Origin: a virus | IMG/VR virus record: IMGVR_UViG_3300032097_000030 | Length of the DNA stretch: 64,000 nt | Strand: one strand, 5' to 3' | Shown here: one piece after another, positions 56,217 through 64,000 of the stretch | Layout: each line of letters begins with the position of its first letter | Numbering within the stretch: the stretch's first letter is position 1 | Notes under the pieces: model-generated | What the model saw: the letters and a program-made list of their open reading frames with translations, nothing else | What the model was told of the DNA's origin: nothing | Database searches by the model: none | Translations under genes and position numbers: made by a program

Positions 56217-58151
56217 TTAATCTTTCTGATAAAAGTTACACTCAAAGCCATCAGCACGTAGCATAAGCCCTTTAGCCCAAGGCGGGATCTGACTCATAAT
56301 AGCGCAAATTTTCTCGACGGATTCCTCCTTGGGCGCTTCCAAAACCACCTCATCGTGGACATGCATGACAATCCGATAACCTGCTTTGTTTAGGTTTCTC
56401 ATGGCATAACAAAGAAGATCTCTTGAGATGGCTTGCACGATATTCTCAACAAATTTCGGACCGTAACTATCAATGCGCTCCCATTTTTTTGTTGCTCCTA
56501 CACCTTCGTATGTCACCGCTTCACTGCCAAAGCTATTAAGGCCCATTCTTGGTTTTACATAGGATAGTTGTCTCCGGGACGGAAGCCATATTAAAAGCAT
56601 TCCACTGCGGTATTCAAAGCGGATGCGATGCGTTTGAGTTTTGATTCGCTCTTTAACAGTATTTTTCACTGATCTATCGACATCCCACCATAGCCTTACA
56701 ATATTGGGATTTGCATTTCGCCATGCGTTAACCAAAGGTTTTAGTTCTTCTTCAGCAAGTCCCATCTCCAAGCCGCCCATAGCCTTTAGAGCTCCTACGG
56801 ATCCGCCATATCCAAGAGCCAATTCTGCAATTTTACCTTTTTGTCTTAAGGGGCTTCCTTTTGTCACTTCCTCCAGGGGGACTCTAAACATCTGAGAAGC
56901 GGATGCTTCGTATATTTTCCCATGAGTAGCGAAGACTTTATTTCTCCACGTTTCGCCTGCAAGCCAAGCAATTACTCTAGCTTCAATGGCACTAAAATCA
57001 GCAACGATGAATTTGTGGCCCTCTTTTGGAACAAAGGCAGTACGGATTAATTCAGATAAGACATTGGGAATAGACTCGTATAAAAGTTCCAATGCCTCAA
57101 AGTACCCACACCTCACTAATTTTCGTGCCTCTTCCAAATCCGGCAAATGGTTCTGTGGGAGGTTTTGAACTTGAATAAGCCTTCCTGCAAATCTGCCGGT
57201 TCGATTGGCACCGTAAAACTGTATCAGTCCACGCGCTCTTCCATCAGAACACACTGCATTTTCCATTGTGGTGTATTTCTTTACGCTGGACTTAGCAAGT
57301 AACTGACGTAGCTCCAATACTTCACTTAGATGGGCTGGAGCTTTCTTTAATAACGCTTTGACGGATGCTTTATCAAGACTATCCGTTTCCAGACCATTTT
57401 CGGATAGCCAAGTTTTCATCTGGGCCACTGAATTAGGGTTTTCTAGTTTTGTAAGCTCTCTCAGGCGTCCCATCAATTCTTCTCTGACTTTGTCGTCGCA
57501 TCGGATGGCTTGATGCACCAACTTAAGATCCAACTGAATGCCTCGATCGTTGATTTGCTGGTCAAGGATATAGTTTTCCCACTCATCCTCCTGCATAGGG
57601 AACTTCTGAAGCTTTGCCTGTATAGAGAGCTCAACTTCAACATCTCGATGGTTATATGCTTTAAATCGATCCCACTTATCCGGATTATGTCCTGGCAAAT
57701 TGCGTGTGCGGCCACCATTGGTCTTTGTCGACTTACAGGGCTGACAGAAATAGCGGATGAGTTCTTTCCCTTCGGTCAGTTTTTTCTTATCCGCTCCTGT
57801 TACGATCGCTGCTCCCTTAAGGGAAAGGGGAAGCCCAAGATACGCAGACCACACCATCGTACAGCGCCATGAATCAGGCTCTAGCCACATACCAAAATAA
57901 CGGGATAAACAGATGCGTTCAAACTGCGCATTGAAAGCCCATTTTGTTACCTTGTCATCCAAAATTGCATCCAGTACCTGCTGTGGAATTTCTTCACCAC
58001 ATGCCAGATCAACCACATGCACCGGTCCACCATCCACACTGTAGCCCAAAAGCAAAATATCAAAATTCGGTGCTTCAGCGTAACGATAGACCCCGCTTTT
58101 GGCGAGGTCTACGCTACTATATGTTTCTATATCTATACTGAGGGTTTTCAT
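56217..58151 (-). CDS. DNA polymerase family A
   Basis: IDIET, AFNAQFE, ADFSAIEAR, R.KGK.AELA.GYGG, HVHDE. Confidence 0.95.
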   Translation of the reverse strand: MKTLSIDIETYSSVDLAKSGVYRYAEAPNFDILLLGYSVDGGPVHVVDLACGEEIPQQVLDAILDDKVTKWAFNAQFERICLSRYFGMWLEPDSWRCTMVWSAYLGLPLSLKGAAIVTGADKKKLTEGKELIRYFCQPCKSTKTNGGRTRNLPGHNPDKWDRFKAYNHRDVEVELSIQAKLQKFPMQEDEWENYILDQQINDRGIQLDLKLVHQAIRCDDKVREELMGRLRELTKLENPNSVAQMKTWLSENGLETDSLDKASVKALLKKAPAHLSEVLELRQLLAKSSVKKYTTMENAVCSDGRARGLIQFYGANRTGRFAGRLIQVQNLPQNHLPDLEEARKLVRCGYFEALELLYESIPNVLSELIRTAFVPKEGHKFIVADFSAIEARVIAWLAGETWRNKVFATHGKIYEASASQMFRVPLEEVTKGSPLRQKGKIAELALGYGGSVGALKAMGGLEMGLAEEELKPLVNAWRNANPNIVRLWWDVDRSVKNTVKERIKTQTHRIRFEYRSGMLLIWLPSRRQLSYVKPRMGLNSFGSEAVTYEGVGATKKWERIDSYGPKFVENIVQAISRDLLCYAMRNLNKAGYRIVMHVHDEVVLEAPKEESVEKICAIMSQIPPWAKGLMLRADGFECNFYQKD

Positions 58152-58708
58152 GCTAAGAAATCATCATCCACGTCGGTGACAAAATCTTCAGCTGCATTTG
58201 TTCTGCCACCTAGAGGCTCACCGTCGCGGATCTTTTGAATGTTTCCAAGGCCGCAGGCGATTCCTTTATTGCCATTTGTGTTAAAAGCGTAGAAGTTGAT
58301 ACTTACTCTTGCGTACACCCCTGAGTAGATTTCCGAACGCTCGAAAATTGGGTTGATGTCTTTGTCTACGACTTGCGGTGGTGTATTGCTATTTGCATTG
58401 ACGAAATAACTATTCGCATAGGCTTCATCATCAGGACGGTCTATGTCCCCATCTCGTTGAGGAAGCTTTAAAGCTGCCTTATTAGGAATCTTGCCGCCAA
58501 ATTTACCTTTACCTTCTTCAATTGCTGCATTTACTGCTTCATTAATGGCACCGAGTGTTTTCGTATCACTCTTAGGAATAATCAGGCTCACGCTATATTT
58601 TTCAGCGCCACCATTGATTGATTTTGGTTCCCAAACATTTGCATAAGAGAGTCTTACAACTCCAGTGATTACTTTCGTAGGATTTGTTCTTTTTGCTTTA
58701 TTTGACAT
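58148..58708 (-). CDS. DUF2815 ssDNA-binding protein
   Basis: VRLSYANV, KYSVSL, RDGD, YSG.Y, acidic tail DDDFL. Confidence 0.88.
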   Translation of the reverse strand: MSNKAKRTNPTKVITGVVRLSYANVWEPKSINGGAEKYSVSLIIPKSDTKTLGAINEAVNAAIEEGKGKFGGKIPNKAALKLPQRDGDIDRPDDEAYANSYFVNANSNTPPQVVDKDINPIFERSEIYSGVYARVSINFYAFNTNGNKGIACGLGNIQKIRDGEPLGGRTNAAEDFVTDVDDDFLA

Positions 58709-58710
58709 AA

Positions 58711-59838
58711 TTATTCCTCCATAAAATCATTTTTTGCTGTCCCAGTTGTTATTTCAGGACGCTTGTCTGAGACAGGTACAAGCGTTGGTTTCCCTGGCGG
58801 CTTCTTGATCAGACCACCTAAGATTTCTTTAAATTTGGTTTTTCCCATCAATTTTTCCATTTGGGTAATCGTGATGAGGCTTTGCCTGTAGATATCGTTA
58901 TATCCTGTGTTCTTTGCTGCTTCTGCTACTGCTTTTTCATCTGTGTACTTGCGATTGGATCGACCTGTCACTACCTTAAATCCAGGCCACTCTTTTCCAT
59001 GATTCACTGCTGCATCTGTTGCATAAGCCATGATTTCATTTGCCCAGCTGGTAAGATCACCAACCGATGATAAAATCTCTGCAATTTCTTCATCTGAAAG
59101 TAGTGGCGGCAGTGCAAACTCAAATGTTGCTAATTTCATCTTGGCTTCCGCCCTTGCTCTACACTTCACTGCCGCCCGGCAAAATTGACACCATTCACCA
59201 GCACAGTAATTGCCATCACCTGCAAAGGCTAGTTCAGCTTTGGGCTTCAACTCTTCCTCAGCCCATTGATATAGGCTTTCTTTTGAAACTGTATATGTGC
59301 TAACATTTTCCCGTCTTGGTTGATAGATTGTCATTGATACTGTGTCGGTGTCATAGATCCCATCAAAGATTTCCAGTGCACCAAGTGCATAGAGCTTCAT
59401 TTGCGGATTATCTTCTGCACTTACTAAAACGCCCTGTCCATACTTAAAATCAATAATGTGAAGGCTTCCATCAGCGATAATCACGCAGTCACCGGTTCCA
59501 AACCCATCAGGCACATATTTCGAGAAGTTCAGCCGCTGTTCTATCAAAACGAGTGGATCATTGCAGGTTTGCTTTGCCTGTTCAATAATCTCAAGCACAA
59601 ATTCCACATAACCATCAGTGTAATTGTCCATTTCATCGGAGTCATAAGGTGAGACAGGCTTTTTTGACTGCATCTTAAGTGCCTTTCGAAGCTTGTGTTC
59701 ACTTAATTCGTGGGCGGCTGTTCCTTCGGCTGCAGCTTCACCGCTTTTATCATCAAATTCAAGCTCAAGCCTGGCCGATGGTGTGCAATTCAACCAGCGA
59801 TGGGAACCTGACGCGGAAAGAATAGCATGAGTGCTCAT
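58711..59838 (-). CDS. DUF2800 Cas4-like exonuclease
   Basis: HA.LSAS..HRW..C, GT.AH, FGTGDC, IDFKYG, C.FC. Confidence 0.9.
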   Translation of the reverse strand: MSTHAILSASGSHRWLNCTPSARLELEFDDKSGEAAAEGTAAHELSEHKLRKALKMQSKKPVSPYDSDEMDNYTDGYVEFVLEIIEQAKQTCNDPLVLIEQRLNFSKYVPDGFGTGDCVIIADGSLHIIDFKYGQGVLVSAEDNPQMKLYALGALEIFDGIYDTDTVSMTIYQPRRENVSTYTVSKESLYQWAEEELKPKAELAFAGDGNYCAGEWCQFCRAAVKCRARAEAKMKLATFEFALPPLLSDEEIAEILSSVGDLTSWANEIMAYATDAAVNHGKEWPGFKVVTGRSNRKYTDEKAVAEAAKNTGYNDIYRQSLITITQMEKLMGKTKFKEILGGLIKKPPGKPTLVPVSDKRPEITTGTAKNDFMEE

Positions 59839-60143
59839 TTTAATCCCCCCGCATCAGAGAGCAGGGAAGCGTACTTTGATGGATCAATCTTGCTGAGTTT
59901 GGATGCACCATACTTTTGAAGTAGTTCTCTCACTTCAGCAGTGAATCCATCATGGCTTTTTTCAGCAAGTACAGCTCTTACCTCTTCCAAAGTAATCTGC
60001 TTGTTGATTGGCTCATTTACCGGCTCATGTTGTTGTTTTTCCGTTTCATCATTATTAGTGATTGCATCAGCAACTGCCTGAACACTGTCTGCGAGTGACC
60101 TCAGGCCAGAGACTACATCAAGAAAAAGCTTAGTTTTGCTCAT
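59835..60143 (-). CDS. conserved phage replication-module protein
   Basis: LEEVRAVLAEKS..G...VRELL.KYGA.KLS. Confidence 0.75.
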   Translation of the reverse strand: MSKTKLFLDVVSGLRSLADSVQAVADAITNNDETEKQQHEPVNEPINKQITLEEVRAVLAEKSHDGFTAEVRELLQKYGASKLSKIDPSKYASLLSDAGGLK

Positions 60144-60345
60144 GGCTCACACCTCCTTCCTTTAATTCCTTGATTTCTACCGTCTCGACTGAGTCACCAG
60201 GTGTAATCACAAGCAAGTTTAGATTTTTGCCGAGTAACCAATCGAGCATTTTACTTCGGACGGTTTTCTTGCTGCTTTCAATTACAGGTTTTCTGTCGCC
60301 ACCGGGCTTTGTCACATTGATAGTGACTTTGTGTTTTAGGCTCAT
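60130..60345 (-). CDS. conserved phage hypothetical protein
   Basis: RBS AAAGGAG; coupled to next gene. Confidence 0.7.
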   Translation of the reverse strand: MSLKHKVTINVTKPGGDRKPVIESSKKTVRSKMLDWLLGKNLNLLVITPGDSVETVEIKELKEGGVSHEQN

Positions 60346-60464
60346 TGTCCGTCTCCTTTCCGGGGGGCGATTTATTTGCCCCTCACCAATAAGCGAAAAA
60401 GAAGGTTCTTTCGAACCCCCTTTTCAGGAAAGATATTGAGGTAGGGTTCTTTCGAACCCCATTC

Positions 60465-60953
60465 TCATGAAAGTACTTTTCTTAATTTTTCGTGCATCTT
60501 CTTCAATCGTTTACGAATAGCTGTCTCTGTAACTCCTTCTTCTGTAGCGATATCCACATTGGTTCGGTTTTCGATATAGACCTTCTTAAAGAGCTCCTTT
60601 TGTTGGGGAAGGAGGCAATCCATAGCCTTGGTTAACTTGTCCAGCATATCCAGATGCTCGGCTTCTTTTTCAGCTTCAATAAGTAGCTTTTCTGGATTAG
60701 TGCTATTGTCTGCAAGATATTTATTGCGGTCATTTGCAGATTCATCTTCACCATCATGGTATGCATCCAGATGAGTAGTCACTCGATAGTCATAACGTCT
60801 CTGTTCATCTACTTCGTTATCATCCATGCTGTGCAGTAATTCAATAAATGAATTCGAAGCTTCTCCAGGGCTAATGGTAATTTTAGTTCCATCTGCTGGA
60901 TAGTAAATATACTCCGTTCTCTTATTTGGGCTTGTTTTGTACTTTTTTTGCAT
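60465..60953 (-). CDS. sigma-70 region-4-like regulator
   Basis: L..AM..L.PQQ.EL...VY.E......IA..EGV...AI.KRL; likely ATG 60953. Confidence 0.8.
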   Translation of the reverse strand: MQKKYKTSPNKRTEYIYYPADGTKITISPGEASNSFIELLHSMDDNEVDEQRRYDYRVTTHLDAYHDGEDESANDRNKYLADNSTNPEKLLIEAEKEAEHLDMLDKLTKAMDCLLPQQKELFKKVYIENRTNVDIATEEGVTETAIRKRLKKMHEKLRKVLS

Positions 60954-61106
60954 ATTATTGGCTCCTTTGGTTTTCAAATTTTGGTTTTGAAAATCCGCAG
61001 AAGCCTAAAATCCGTAGAACAAAAATAACGGCCAGGGATAGTCCTCTAATGTGAGAACTAATCCTGGCCGTCATACAGCTCTGCGGATTATCTATTCAAT
61101 TATTTG

Positions 61107-61316
61107 CTATGCTGCTTGAACATGGCTTTCTACATGAAAAGTAGAATTATTCGGTCTTAAAACTATTGTCACAACATCATCTCGTTCAATTTTCAACCTT
61201 CCTCCTATTGGTATTTGAGTGCTTGTCTTACATCTTTTATATGCAATTTCGATAAAACCTGTAGTCGCATTGCCCTTACATGCTAAACGCCCTTTGCAAT
61301 CCCTAATATCTTCCAT
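61107..61316 (-). CDS. hypothetical early protein
   Basis: RBS AGGAGG. Confidence 0.6.
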   Translation of the reverse strand: MEDIRDCKGRLACKGNATTGFIEIAYKRCKTSTQIPIGGRLKIERDDVVTIVLRPNNSTFHVESHVQAA

Positions 61317-61395
61317 TAATGCTCCTCCTTTGACTAATTAGATGCTTGTCTTCTTTCTATCTAAATTTTATATGTTTAATCCCTTCAAATCCTCA

Positions 61396-61427
61396 GCTAA
61401 GACTCGGCTAGGACTCCGCTAAGACTC
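61396..61427. repeat. three tandem GCTA(A/G)GACTC boxes, 11-bp period
   Basis: 61396-61405, 61407-61416, 61418-61427. Confidence 0.85.
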
Positions 61428-61580
61428 ACTTTTAATTAAAATATTCTTGCACAAATTAACTCAGCTAATATAAAGCATAAATAAGCGTTTTTAAATATTT
61501 GATTGTAATTCGCTAATATAAAAGCTATAATTATAGAGATGAGTTTTATTACCATGCGGTAATGCTTGGAGGCGATAATA

Positions 61581-61802
61581 ATGGCTTTTAGTTATAACAA
61601 ACTTTGGAAATTGTTAATTGATAGAAAAATGATGAAAAAAGACTTAATGGCTAAAACAAACTTAACATCAACAACAATGGCTAAAATGAGCAAGGATTTG
61701 CCTGTAAGCATGGATGTGTTAGGTAGAATTTGTAAAGCACTTGATGTAAACATAGGAGACATTGTAGATTACGTAGATGACGAAAAATCTACCAATAAAT
61801 AA
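61581..61802 (+). CDS. XRE/Cro-CI-like HTH regulator
   Basis: SYNKLWKLLIDR.M.K.DL...L...IC..L..NIGDIV; RBS GGAGG before ATG 61581. Confidence 0.9.
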   Translation: MAFSYNKLWKLLIDRKMMKKDLMAKTNLTSTTMAKMSKDLPVSMDVLGRICKALDVNIGDIVDYVDDEKSTNK

Positions 61803-61825
61803 GTGATTGAAAGGGGCTGCAATCT

Positions 61826-63061
61826 ATGAAAAAATTATGTTTTGGTAGTTTCACAACAATACTAAAACTTTGCAAAGTGAAGAGTGTTACCCAAAAGTGG
61901 CTGTGTGGTACATTGCTTCTTTCTATTGCGCCTACTTATGATATTCGTCACGACGATGGGACTGTTTCAGATTTGTTGAAAGGGAAGAAAAACCTATCTC
62001 CTCATGTCACTGAACTTGCTTTAACAGCAGACAAGAAAGAACTGTCAGAATACTTTGAAAGAAGTGTATTGCCTTTATTAGATGGTAATAAAAGAAGCCT
62101 GATAGTTTTAGCATTGAAAGATATAATTGATTCTGATGATACAATCGAAAATGATACTGTTATTGAAATTGTGAACGATATGACAAAGGAAGATATCGCT
62201 AACCGTAATGCTTTTGTCTTAGGAGATTTTTTAGCAGGGATATTTCTTTATACAGTCCTTAATGTCAATAATAGAAACTGCGAAGATAGTATAAAAGAAA
62301 TAACCCATGAGTACATAGAAAGCTTTGAAGATCAAAAAATCAATGTAATCTTTCAGGGTAGCTACAGCAATTTTTCTACTGAAACGGCCCATGAAATTGC
62401 TATGGATGCACGCACTTTGGTTCTACTATCGGAAACCGGAGGTAAATGTCAGCGTTGTAGTAAAGTTTTAGGCATAAAAAAAGAAGGCAACGATGTCAAC
62501 TACGCTAAAATCATTAACCTTTCCGAAAATGAAGATATTGTTTTGTGTGTTGAATGTGAGCGTGAAATCCAAAATGCTTCTGATGGAGAGAAACAAGCCC
62601 TACTGTCTGCAAAACATGATTTGGAAACATTTATAACTGCAAGAGAAGCAACTTCACGTTATAAGATTGAAAAACAGATCGAGCATGTTCTACGAGAAGT
62701 TGATTTAATGGATGTCACAGTCGATACGCAACTTAAAATAAAGCCTGTAAAAGTAGAAAATAAAATTGCTGAAAAGCGCTTAAGAGAGCGCGTACTTTAC
62801 GATGTCAACAGATTGTACCAGGGGGTTAACGACTCCTTAGATCGCTTAGCTGGAGAGAATAAATTGAATACCAATAAATTTGCAAAAAGCATAAAAAGAA
62901 TGTATGAAGATGCGAATGAAACAAACATATCACAAAGCGATCTATACCACCTACTGGTACAAACACTATTTGAAAAAACAGGACGAAAATACAGAGAAGC
63001 TTGTGAGATAATTATCTCCTACTTCGTGCAAAGGTGTGAGGTGTTCGATGAGATTACCTAA
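61826..63061 (+). CDS. ABC-three-component/Lamassu-like effector subunit with HNH-like Zn motif and C-terminal domain
   Basis: CQRC...LCVEC; ends IISYFVQRCEVF; first gene of a three-gene operon. Confidence 0.65.
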   Translation: MKKLCFGSFTTILKLCKVKSVTQKWLCGTLLLSIAPTYDIRHDDGTVSDLLKGKKNLSPHVTELALTADKKELSEYFERSVLPLLDGNKRSLIVLALKDIIDSDDTIENDTVIEIVNDMTKEDIANRNAFVLGDFLAGIFLYTVLNVNNRNCEDSIKEITHEYIESFEDQKINVIFQGSYSNFSTETAHEIAMDARTLVLLSETGGKCQRCSKVLGIKKEGNDVNYAKIINLSENEDIVLCVECEREIQNASDGEKQALLSAKHDLETFITAREATSRYKIEKQIEHVLREVDLMDVTVDTQLKIKPVKVENKIAEKRLRERVLYDVNRLYQGVNDSLDRLAGENKLNTNKFAKSIKRMYEDANETNISQSDLYHLLVQTLFEKTGRKYREACEIIISYFVQRCEVFDEIT

Positions 63062-63287
63062 TAAAGTAACCACATATACAAACAGCATCATTGCCCTCTT
63101 CCCTAATATCCTAGAAGCACTGGAAGAAAGCGATATGATACCAAAAGAACTATTTGAACAAGTATCTTTAGGTAAAGGAACTATGGGGGATTTTTTAAGC
63201 GCCTTAGATTGCTTGTTTGCATTAGGCCAAATTGAAATTATTGAGGAAGGGAGGGTACTACACTATGTTAAAACAGATTCACTGTGA
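63036..63287 (+). CDS. ABC-three-component middle component
   Basis: LPNK...F..ALDCLFALG.I; small winged-helix-sized ORF overlapping both neighbours. Confidence 0.65.
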   Translation: MRCSMRLPNKVTTYTNSIIALFPNILEALEESDMIPKELFEQVSLGKGTMGDFLSALDCLFALGQIEIIEEGRVLHYVKTDSL

Positions 63288-64000
63288 TAAATTTGCTCCA
63301 GGGCATCAAACAATAGATTTTAGTTCCGGCCTTAATACAGTTTTAGGTAATGATGGCGGAAGCAATGCTATCGGCAAATCAACATTTCTTTGGATTATTG
63401 ACTATGTCTTCGGTGGTGACAGTTACTACTCTCTCTCAGATGATATAAAATCAGAGATTGGGCCACATACTATTTTTTTCGTTTTCGAGTTTGAAGGTAA
63501 ACCGCATTATTTTTATCGAAACACTGAAGATCCAAAGAATGTATATCGAAGCGACAAAGACTACCATTTAATTGAAAAATTATCATTAGAAGAATATAGA
63601 GCCTTACTGTACCAGGAATATAGCATTGGACTACCCATGCTCAAGTTCGGAGAAATTACTGAGCGATTTTTTCGTATTTATGGACGAAAAAACACACTAG
63701 AAAAATATCCATTATTAATTAAACCTAGAGAGCAAGATGAAAAAGCTGTTGATTTCCTGATGAAGTTTTTCGGGCATAGTGAAATACTAACCTCAATCAA
63801 AACTATGGAAGAAGAGCTGGGCGTAAAAGCATTACAGTATAAATCGAAGCAGCGCCAGCAGGTCGATATAGAAAAAATCGAAATGAACAAAAAAGCAATA
63901 GAGTCACTTAAGGTAAGACTGCAAAAACTCATGAAAAGTAATGAAGATGCGCAATTAGCAATGTTTGGATTTGATACTCAATCTTTTGAAAGAATTACTA
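63265..64000 (+). CDS. DUF2326-like SMC/ABC ATPase (partial; absent from ORF track)
   Basis: Manual translation MLKQIHCDKF...GLNTVLG...NAIGKSTFL.IIDYVFGG, open to window end, entering coiled coil. Confidence 0.8.
   Translation, partial: MLKQIHCDKFAPGHQTIDFSSGLNTVLGNDGGSNAIGKSTFLWIIDYVFGGDSYYSLSDDIKSEIGPHTIFFVFEFEGKPHYFYRNTEDPKNVYRSDKDYHLIEKLSLEEYRALLYQEYSIGLPMLKFGEITERFFRIYGRKNTLEKYPLLIKPREQDEKAVDFLMKFFGHSEILTSIKTMEEELGVKALQYKSKQRQQVDIEKIEMNKKAIESLKVRLQKLMKSNEDAQLAMFGFDTQSFERIT

Larger units (their letters stand above)
20429..61316 (-). mobile_element. siphovirus-type temperate prophage (PolA/VapE/SNF2 replication, HK97 head, LSR pair)
   Basis: Complete, co-oriented module order from sigma-like regulator to recombinases; exact ends not determined. 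Confidence 0.93.

Noticed and set aside
58711-59838. Cas4-like gene as sign of CRISPR-Cas
   Set aside because: Standard phage DUF2800 in the replication module; no arrays or other cas genes seen
1208-63932. Many 60-190-aa ORFs antisense to or overlapping long genes (e.g. 1516..2091, 32705..33289, 43222..43719, 51779..52240)
   Set aside because: Shadow frames of well-supported genes; no RBS or motifs

Overview
Low-GC Firmicute chromosome segment (probably Clostridia; inferred from gene content) that is almost entirely mobile DNA. A ~41 kb minus-strand siphovirus-type prophage (about 20.4-61.3 kb) carries a PolA/DUF2800/DUF2815/VapE/SNF2 replication module, HNH-terminase-portal-Clp protease-HK97 capsid, a long-tail module, holin/amidase and a pair of large serine recombinases (LSRs). 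To its left are two accreted cargo blocks: 12.5-20.4 kb (DUF2971, a HEPN gene in an attC-like cassette, PD-(D/E)xK nucleases, small regulators) and 2.2-12.5 kb (a nuclease, a Gabija-like OLD nuclease + UvrD pair with a nonsense codon, and a run of LSR genes with an IstB/LSR chimera). To its right an XRE gene is followed by an ABC-three-component/Lamassu-like operon running off the edge. An RCC1-repeat exported protein runs off the left edge. Three observations stand out. (1) A 54-bp attP-like site is centred on the TG at 12480-12481, and a hybrid copy at 2183-2184 is joined to the middle of another LSR gene, suggesting elements that recombine into recombinase genes. (2) A GH15/GDE-like six-hairpin glycosidase gene and an alpha/alpha-toroid-Dit fusion sit between the tape measure and tail-spike genes. 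(3) An integron-cassette-like unit carries a HEPN gene. No rRNA, tRNA or CRISPR array was recognised. All family assignments come from motif reading, not database searches.
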